Shown here in pieces: positions 57,451 to 64,000 of a stretch of DNA of 64,000 nucleotides (positions are counted from its first letter, which is position 1; each line of letters begins with the position of its first letter). A model generated the notes under the pieces. That model did not search any database. It was not told where the DNA came from and saw only the letters and a program-made list of their open reading frames with translations. The stretch comes from an uncultured Dehalococcoidia bacterium (lineage in GTDB: Bacteria; Chloroflexota; Dehalococcoidia; Lucifugimonadales; CATOSD01), in assembly GCA_951812395.1 (NCBI GenBank), contig CATOSD010000001.1, forward strand, positions 1,211,108-1,275,107, in the 5' to 3' direction. The position numbers and the translations under genes are program-made.

Positions 57451-57634
57451 ACATGCGCACTGTGTCATTCTTGGGCGGTTATGGTGCTTTCATAGCTGAG
57501 TCTGTGTATGGAGGCGTGCCAGACCGTAGCAGCCATGCAGCCTTCCCAGCTATGGAATGGCACAGAAAGACCCAGGATGACACACATTTCGGCCAATTCG
57601 CCGACGGTTCGCCCCATCATCGCCCTCACAGAGC

Positions 57635-57663
57635 TTGACGGCGTGTTCCGAACGTACTAGAAT
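57635..57663 (+). promoter_or_regulatory. comM promoter candidate TTGACG-N17-TAGAAT
   Basis: Hexamers and 17-nt spacer seen directly, 33 nt upstream of the ATG. Confidence 0.55.
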
Positions 57664-57696
57664 AGGCGTGCTAATCCTGTTTTCGGAGTCCAGCCA

Positions 57697-59235
57697 ATGC
57701 TCGCCAAGTGCAAGACCTGCGCCGTCGTCGGCCTGAACGGCCTGATAGTCGAAGTCGAGGTAGATATCCTCCCCGGCCTGCCTGCGTTCAACATCGTCGG
57801 CCTGCCCGACGCCGCCGTGAAGGAGGCCAGCGAGCGGGTGCGCTCGGCCATCCGCAACGCCGGCTGCGAGTTCCCCATGCGCCGCATCACAGTCAATCTC
57901 GCGCCCGCCGACCACCGCAAGGCCGGCCCCGCCTACGACCTGCCCATCGCCGTCGCGCTGCTCGTCAGCTCCGGCCAGATCGAGGACGTCCCCAGATCAT
58001 CCATATTCTTGGGAGAGTTGTCCCTCGACGGGACGCTCCGCCACACCAATGGCATACTGCCGATGGTGGCCGTCGCGCGCGAAGAGGGCATGCAGCGCGT
58101 GTTCGTGCCGGCCCCCGACGCCAACGAGGCCGCCTTGGTGGACGGTGTGGAGACCATCCCGGTCTCCTCGCTGGGGCAACTGCTTCACCACCTGAACGGT
58201 GGTCCCAGAATCTCACCCGCGGCGAGCGACATCGCCGCCGACACCAACGGCTTTGTGTCCGCGGACGACTGCCGTGGAGGTGTGGACATCGCCGACATTC
58301 GCGGCCAGGAGCACGCCAAGCGCGCCATCGAGGTCGCCGCGGCGGGCGGGCATAACCTGCTCATGAGCGGTCCGCCCGGAAGCGGCAAGACGCTGCTCGC
58401 GCGCAGCCTGCCATCCATCCTCCCCAGGCTGACCCAGGACGAGGCGCTGGAGGTCACCAAGATATTCAGTATCAGCGGGCTGCTCCCCTCGTCGTCCCCG
58501 CTCATCAACCGGCGCCCCTTCCGGTCGCCGCACTATACCATCTCCAACGCGGGACTCGTGGGCGGCGGCCGCATCCCCAGGCCCGGCGAGATTACGCTGA
58601 GCCACCGGGGCGTGCTGTTCCTCGACGAGCTGCCGGAGTTCGGGCACACGGTTCTGGAGGTGTTGCGCCAGCCCATCGAAGACAAGGTGGTTACCATCAG
58701 CCGCGCCCAGGGCACCGTAACCTTCCCCGCAAACTTCATGCTCGTGGCTGCCATGAACCCCTGCCCTTGCGGATTCGCCGGAGACCCAGGCAAACAGTGC
58801 GTCTGCTCCCCAAGCCAGGTCACCCGCTACTCCAAGCGGATCAGCGGCCCGCTGATGGACAGGATTGACCTGTTCGTCGAAGTGCCCAGGGTCGAATACG
58901 AGAAGCTCACCAGGCCGCCCGAGACGGACACTTCGGCCCGGACGCGCGATCGGATCGAGGCGGCGCGCCTGGTGCAGGCCAGGCGTTTCGAGGGCACGGG
59001 GCTGATCACCAACTCCGAGATGGGGCCGGTCGAGGTGTGGGAGTACTGCAAGGTGGACGACGCGGCCGCCGGCCTGCTGCGCATGGCGACCAGCAGACTG
59101 CACCTGTCGGCGAGGGCGTTCCACCGCGTCCTCAAGCTCGCCAGGACCATCGCCGACCTCGGCGGCGCCGAAAACGTTGAGGCGCCGCACCTCGCCGAGG
59201 CGCTCCAGTACCGCCCCGCCGAGCAGACCGCGTAG
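57697..59235 (+). CDS. comM: YifB/ComM family Mg-chelatase-like ATPase
   Basis: 512 aa. N-terminal Lon-like domain (VEVEVDI.PGLPAFNIVGLPD), Walker A GPPGSGKT, FLDELPEF. Confidence 0.93.
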   Translation: MLAKCKTCAVVGLNGLIVEVEVDILPGLPAFNIVGLPDAAVKEASERVRSAIRNAGCEFPMRRITVNLAPADHRKAGPAYDLPIAVALLVSSGQIEDVPRSSIFLGELSLDGTLRHTNGILPMVAVAREEGMQRVFVPAPDANEAALVDGVETIPVSSLGQLLHHLNGGPRISPAASDIAADTNGFVSADDCRGGVDIADIRGQEHAKRAIEVAAAGGHNLLMSGPPGSGKTLLARSLPSILPRLTQDEALEVTKIFSISGLLPSSSPLINRRPFRSPHYTISNAGLVGGGRIPRPGEITLSHRGVLFLDELPEFGHTVLEVLRQPIEDKVVTISRAQGTVTFPANFMLVAAMNPCPCGFAGDPGKQCVCSPSQVTRYSKRISGPLMDRIDLFVEVPRVEYEKLTRPPETDTSARTRDRIEAARLVQARRFEGTGLITNSEMGPVEVWEYCKVDDAAAGLLRMATSRLHLSARAFHRVLKLARTIADLGGAENVEAPHLAEALQYRPAEQTA

Positions 59236-59240
59236 CGGAC

Positions 59241-59264
59241 GGCGAGTGGACCGGTCCACTCGCC
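59241..59264. terminator. perfect 24-nt palindrome ggcgagtggacc/ggtccactcgcc just after the comM stop
   Basis: Seen directly. It is followed by a degenerate family-1b repeat at 59259-59292. Confidence 0.5.
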
Positions 59265-59627
59265 ATCGGGGAGAGGGCCAGGGTGAGGTTGGATGCCCAT
59301 GTGCAACACGCACCCGTGTTTGAGTTAGAATGGACGCTGCATTCTACATTGACCCAGAGACAGGTTTGCCACATGTTTTGTTGCACGATGTATCCGATGT
59401 ATCTCAGCACGAAACGGTCACCGAGGATGAGGCCGCCTTCGAGGACTCTACACAAACAGCGATGGCGAATCCTAACGAACTCGTGCCGACGGTACGCGCA
59501 TTGCCTGCTGACTTCGCAAAGTGGGGTCAGGAGGAATTGTTGACAGCCCAAAGCCTCAACGCTATTCTCACACTCACACTATCGAGGCTCGTCAACACGC
59601 TGCCCAATTGCACACCAGGGGGAAACT

Positions 59628-60494
59628 ATGCCGCACGACTACATCGAGGTTGCCGACGTTGGCAACGTGATGGTCATCACCATGGACGACCCGACGACCA
59701 GGAACGCCATCGGCGGAGAAATGTCCGCCGAGATCAACTCCGAGCTCGACCGGCTGGAGGCGGACCCTAACCTGCGGGCCGTCGTACTCACCGGCCGCGA
59801 CCCGTCCTTCTGCTCAGGCGCCAACGTCAAGCGCATGGACCAGTCTGTCCAGGAGCGCAGCAAGGTCGCCGAAGAGCCCATCCCCACCGACTTGACCGCC
59901 TGGGATTACCTGGAGCACCAGTGGGCCCAGCAGGATGAACCTTCGGATGAAGAGGGCGCGGAAAACATCCGCTTCCTCCCGCTGAGGCTGCACGACCTGC
60001 AGAAGCCGTCTATCGCAGCCGTGAACGGCTACGCCATGGGGCTTGGCCTCGGCATCGCGCTGTCCTGCGACATCCGGCTGCTGTCGGAGAACGCCCGGCT
60101 CTCCGAGACGTTTATCCGGCGCGGGCTGATTCCCGCCGACGGCTCCTGCTGGCAGCTACCCCGCATGGTCGGTCTGGGCAACACGTTCCTCATGCAGTAC
60201 ACAGGCGACGTGCTCGACTCTGCGGAGGCCCTGCGGCTCGGGCTGGCGAGCAAGGTGGTGTCCCACGACGATCTGATGGAGACCACCATGGAGCTGGCCC
60301 AGCGCATAGCCGACGGCCCGACCTACTCCATGGCCCTCATCAAGAAGCTGGTGCAGAAGTCGCTCTACATCGACCTCGAGGAGAGCTTGCGGCTTGCCGG
60401 CCCCGCGCAGGAGATAAGCCGCCGCACCGAGGACCACAAGGAGGGCGTGCGCGCGTTCGTGGAGAAGCGCCGACCCGCCTACACCGGTCGATAG
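59628..60494 (+). CDS. enoyl-CoA hydratase/isomerase (crotonase) family protein
   Basis: 288 aa. ITMDDPTTRNAI, VLTGRDPSFCSGANV, AAVNGYAMGLGLGIALSCDIR. Confidence 0.9.
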   Translation: MPHDYIEVADVGNVMVITMDDPTTRNAIGGEMSAEINSELDRLEADPNLRAVVLTGRDPSFCSGANVKRMDQSVQERSKVAEEPIPTDLTAWDYLEHQWAQQDEPSDEEGAENIRFLPLRLHDLQKPSIAAVNGYAMGLGLGIALSCDIRLLSENARLSETFIRRGLIPADGSCWQLPRMVGLGNTFLMQYTGDVLDSAEALRLGLASKVVSHDDLMETTMELAQRIADGPTYSMALIKKLVQKSLYIDLEESLRLAGPAQEISRRTEDHKEGVRAFVEKRRPAYTGR

Positions 60495-60522
60495 GCGCTA
60501 CGACCGGAAGACGGCGAATCGC

Positions 60523-61722
60523 ATGGAGATGGACAAGCACCTCCTCGGCGGCATCACGGCCCTGGACCTCAGCGAAGGCGTGTCCGGGCCATACTGCGCT
60601 AAGCTGCTGGCCGGCATGGGAGCGGAGGTCATCAAGGTCGAGGCGCCGGGAGTCGGCGAGGCGTCCCGACGCGAAGGCCCCTTCTTTGGCGACGTGCCTC
60701 ACCCGGAGGGTAGCGCGCTCCATCTCTACCTCAACACCGGCAAGAAGAGCGTGACGCTGGACCTGGACTCCGAGCGGGGCGCCGACGCGCTGCGCCGCTT
60801 GGCCCAGTCCTCCGACGTGCTGATCGAGAGCGCCGCGCCCGGCCGCATGGAGGGCCTGGGACTGGGCTACGACGCGCTGGCCGCGAGCAATCCCGGCCTG
60901 GTGTACGTCTCCATAACCCCGTTCGGCCAGACCGGCCTGTATCGCGACTACCAGGGTAGCGACATCGTTGCGCAGGCTATGGGCGCCCTGATGCACACGG
61001 TCGGCCTGCCCGACCGCGAGCCGCTGAAGATAGGCGGCAGCGTCGTACTCTACGCCGTAGGCACCGCGGCGTTCTCCGGCGCGATGCTGGCGCTGTACGC
61101 GCGCGACTTCACGGGCGAGGGCCAGCACGTCGACGTGTCGGCCATGGAAGCCATCACTGTCGCCCAGATACACGCCTCCATCCACCACCAGTTCGGGCGC
61201 ATTCCCGCGAGAAGGGAAAGCGCCCTGGTGCGCACCACCGACGGATGGGTCAGCCCTGGCCTGGAGATCGGCGTGAAAGAGGACATCTGGGCCAAGGTTT
61301 GCGATCTGATGGGCGTGCCTGAGCTGGCGGACGACCCCGCATTCAGCACGCGAGAGGCGCGCCGCGAGCACCAGCAGGACGTGCTGGCCATCGTCGGCGA
61401 GTGGGCCGCCGCGCAGGCCAAGGAGGATATCTACCATACGCTCCAGGGCATGCGCACAATCGCGGGCTACGTGGCGGACGTGAAGGACCTGCTGGATTCC
61501 GGCCAGCTAAACGCGCGAGACTTCTTCCAGAACATCGAGCATCCCCACGTGGGAACCGCAACCTACCCTGGCGAGCCCATCCGCGTGAGCGGCCACGCCT
61601 GGCGCCACGAGCGCGCCCCGCTGCTGGGCGAGCACAACGGCGAGATACTGGGCGGCCGCCTCGGCCTCAGCAAGGCCGAGATTGCGGAGACGGTGGACTC
61701 GGACAGGCGAGACCATGAATGA
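60523..61722 (+). CDS. family III CoA-transferase (CaiB/BaiF)
   Basis: 399 aa. LDLSEGVSGPYCAKLLAGMGAEVIKVE, and YVSITPFGQTG with GSDIVAQAMGG-like. Confidence 0.9.
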   Translation: MEMDKHLLGGITALDLSEGVSGPYCAKLLAGMGAEVIKVEAPGVGEASRREGPFFGDVPHPEGSALHLYLNTGKKSVTLDLDSERGADALRRLAQSSDVLIESAAPGRMEGLGLGYDALAASNPGLVYVSITPFGQTGLYRDYQGSDIVAQAMGALMHTVGLPDREPLKIGGSVVLYAVGTAAFSGAMLALYARDFTGEGQHVDVSAMEAITVAQIHASIHHQFGRIPARRESALVRTTDGWVSPGLEIGVKEDIWAKVCDLMGVPELADDPAFSTREARREHQQDVLAIVGEWAAAQAKEDIYHTLQGMRTIAGYVADVKDLLDSGQLNARDFFQNIEHPHVGTATYPGEPIRVSGHAWRHERAPLLGEHNGEILGGRLGLSKAEIAETVDSDRRDHE

Positions 61723-62986
61723 TCTGCCCTTGAAAGGCCTTCGCATACTCGACCTGACCCAGATCGCCGTGGGCCCCTATGCGACCATGCTGCTAGGCTT
61801 CATGGGCGCGCAGGTTGTCAAGGTTGAGTCCTGTACGCGGATGGACACCAGCCGCGGCTTCGCCCGGCCCTCGACGACCGGCGCGTACAACCTTTATCCC
61901 GGTGGCGTCCCCGGAGAGCGCCCGTGGAATCGCTCCGCGCACCACGTTCACCGCAACGTGAATAAGCTGGATGTGACTCTGGACCTGGCGACACAAGAGG
62001 GCAAGGAGCTCCTGCTGAAGCTCGCCGCCGTCTGCGACGTGCTCGTCGAGAATTTCCGCGCGTCGGTCATGGACCGGCTGGGCCTGGGCTACGACGCCGT
62101 ATCGCGGGCCAATCCGCAGCTAGTCTATGCCAAGATCAGTAGCCAGGGCGCGAGCGGTCCGGAGATGGACTACGGCTCGCTCGGATCAACTCTGGAGCAG
62201 ACCGCCGGCCTCGCCTCCATCACCGGTTACGAGGGAGGTCAGCCACTTATGTCCAACGAGACGTTCCCCGACCCGGTAGTAGGCGTCCTGACCGTGGGCG
62301 CGCTCATGGCCGCACTGAGGGCGCGCCTCCGAACCGGCAAGGGCGCGTTCATCGACCTGTCGCAGCGTGAGGTCACAGTCGGCATGATGGGCGAGGCGTT
62401 CCTGGACTACGCCATGAACGGCCGGGTGGCCGGACTAACCGGCAATCGCCATCCCGTTCACGCGCCCCAGGGCGTCTACCCCTGCGTAGGCGACGACTCG
62501 TGGGTCGCGGTGAGCGTGAGGTCGGACGACGAGTGGCGGGGGCTGTGCGACGCCATGCGCCGGCCCGACTTGGCCCGCGACGCGCGGCTGGCGGCGGCCG
62601 CCGGCCGGCGCGAACACCACGCCGAGATAGACGAGGCCATTGCCGCGTGGACTCGCGAACGCGGCCACTACCAGGCCATGCACCTGCTTCAGGCTCGCGG
62701 CGTGCCGGCTGGCGCGGTGCTCAAGGGCGGGGAGACGATTGTCGACCCGCACCTGGAGGCGAGAGGCTTCTGGGACACCGTCGACCACCCCGAGGCCGGC
62801 GAGTACAGGCAGGTGACCACGCCTTGGCGAATGTCGAAGAGCCGACGCATCCACGCGGCGCCCGCGCCCGGCCTTGGCGAGCACAACACGTTCGTGCTGG
62901 GCGATCTGCTTGGGCTGCCGGCATCGGAGCTGGACGCGCTGGAGCGCCAGGGTATCATTGGCACGCGGCCGGTGGGCGCCGACTGA
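61715..62986 (+). CDS. family III CoA-transferase (CaiB/BaiF), second paralog
   Basis: Start MNDLPLKGLRILDLTQIAVGPYATMLLGFMGAQVVKVE. It overlaps the upstream gene by 8 nt. Confidence 0.9.
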   Translation: MNDLPLKGLRILDLTQIAVGPYATMLLGFMGAQVVKVESCTRMDTSRGFARPSTTGAYNLYPGGVPGERPWNRSAHHVHRNVNKLDVTLDLATQEGKELLLKLAAVCDVLVENFRASVMDRLGLGYDAVSRANPQLVYAKISSQGASGPEMDYGSLGSTLEQTAGLASITGYEGGQPLMSNETFPDPVVGVLTVGALMAALRARLRTGKGAFIDLSQREVTVGMMGEAFLDYAMNGRVAGLTGNRHPVHAPQGVYPCVGDDSWVAVSVRSDDEWRGLCDAMRRPDLARDARLAAAAGRREHHAEIDEAIAAWTRERGHYQAMHLLQARGVPAGAVLKGGETIVDPHLEARGFWDTVDHPEAGEYRQVTTPWRMSKSRRIHAAPAPGLGEHNTFVLGDLLGLPASELDALERQGIIGTRPVGAD

Positions 62987-63039
62987 CCCACGCGGCTGCC
63001 GTTCACACAAAGCACCCAATACACCCAGGGAGGTATACG

Positions 63040-63885
63040 ATGGGCCCCAAACTGGTTGACTACCTGTTGTATGAGCCGGAGGACACCGGAATTCTGTGGA
63101 TCAAGTTCAATCGCCCGGAGAGGCTGAACGCGCTGATTGGCTCGGCTGAGGTCAACGGCACCGTGGCAAAGGTGGGCGAGTACATGCGCGCGGGCGACGA
63201 CGACCCCAACGTCAAGGTGATCGTGCTGACGGGCGTTGGCCGCGGCTTCTGCTCCGGCGCGGACATGCGCGGCGACACCCCGGACGAGTTGAAAGGCCCC
63301 AAGTTCTCCGGCGACTACGGGCCGGACGGGCCGGACGCCACTCGCGAGCACTTCTACCACGGCTTCACCAAGCTGCACCGCGACATCTCGCTCATCCGCA
63401 AGCCCACGATCGCCATGATCAACGGCCCCGCCGTCGGCTCCGGCATGGATATGGCTCTCCACTGCGACATACGGTTGGGCTGCGAAACCACTCGCTTCAT
63501 CGGCTACCACCAGCTTGGCCAGATCGTCGAGAACGGCGGGTCCTACTACCTGCCGAAGATGGCCGGATTGGGCCGGGCCTTGGAGTTCGCCTACACGGGC
63601 CAGGTGGACGCCAAGCGAGCCTTCGAGTGGGGTCTGCTGAACTACCTGGTGCCGTCCGAGGAACTGGAGCAGACCACCCGCGAGCTGTGCGACCGCATTA
63701 TGCGAGTGCCGCCGCTGGTGCAGTGGATAAGCAAGCGCATCATGCGCACCGCGATGGACACCACCATCGAGAACACCATGGTGCTGACCTCGAACGCGGG
63801 CGGCATTCTGGGAGGCTCGGACGATGCCCAGGAGGCGCGCCGCGCCTTCCTCGAGAAGCGCAGCCCCGTTTTCCACGGCCGCTAG
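63040..63885 (+). CDS. enoyl-CoA hydratase/isomerase (crotonase) family protein
   Basis: ILWIKFNRPERLNAL, VLTGVGRGFCSGADM, AMINGPAVGSGMDMALHCDIR. Confidence 0.9.
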   Translation: MGPKLVDYLLYEPEDTGILWIKFNRPERLNALIGSAEVNGTVAKVGEYMRAGDDDPNVKVIVLTGVGRGFCSGADMRGDTPDELKGPKFSGDYGPDGPDATREHFYHGFTKLHRDISLIRKPTIAMINGPAVGSGMDMALHCDIRLGCETTRFIGYHQLGQIVENGGSYYLPKMAGLGRALEFAYTGQVDAKRAFEWGLLNYLVPSEELEQTTRELCDRIMRVPPLVQWISKRIMRTAMDTTIENTMVLTSNAGGILGGSDDAQEARRAFLEKRSPVFHGR

Positions 63886-63968
63886 GCGCTAAACGAGCAG
63901 CAACCGCCGGCGCCGGCTATATCAGACGGAACCAATAAATCATCGCTATGAGTCAAAAGGAGAGACCA

Positions 63969-64000
63969 ATGATTTACGAAATGCGTACCTATGACCTCAA
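63969..64000 (+). CDS. partial ORF at window edge, NIPSNAP-like N-terminus
   Basis: AGGAG RBS then MIYEMRTYDL, which resembles the usual MIYELRTY start of NIPSNAP proteins. Only 10 codons are visible. Confidence 0.4.
   Translation, partial: MIYEMRTYDL

Overview
High-GC bacterial chromosomal segment. GC looks like the low-to-mid 60s percent by eye; I did not compute it. It carries about 52 supportable protein genes, 2 tRNA-Leu genes, and no rRNA, CRISPR array, transposase or integrase.

Gene content and repeat families suggest a Chloroflexota-like organism (SAR202- or Thermomicrobia-like). This rests on many CaiB-type CoA-transferases, crotonases and DUF35/thiolase pairs, on leaderless-looking promoters, and on hairpin repeats that translate to PLPxGEG-like strings. 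This placement is inference only.

Housekeeping genes recognised: prs, secA, PolX, mfd, lexA, hppA, dnaN, rarA, selA, comM and a CCA-adding-family enzyme.

Accessory or unusual parts:
1. A roughly 0.55-0.65 kb non-coding element in two inverted copies (27977-28625 and 47873-48420), plus diverged partial copies. It carries a promoter-like module whose 17-nt spacer always ends in a GCAC-N4-GTGC palindrome.
2. A cluster of membrane/Asp-box/zinc-ribbon/RDD paralogs (48.4-52.5 kb). They have near-identical GC-rich 5' modules, divergent lower-GC remainders and leaderless-type promoters.
3. A 68-aa His/Cys-rich internally duplicated ORF next to a CDF transporter that has a His-rich N-terminal tail.
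4. A four-gene copper module (cupredoxin, YceI, CopA, YHS).
5. A lower-GC single-gene PD-(D/E)XK island downstream of mfd.
6. At least 10 copies of a REP-like hairpin repeat, a second small repeat family, and a 25-bp x5 tandem array.
7. A frameshifted AI-2E transporter gene.

All functional calls come from reading the translated ORFs and recalling family motifs. No database search was run.
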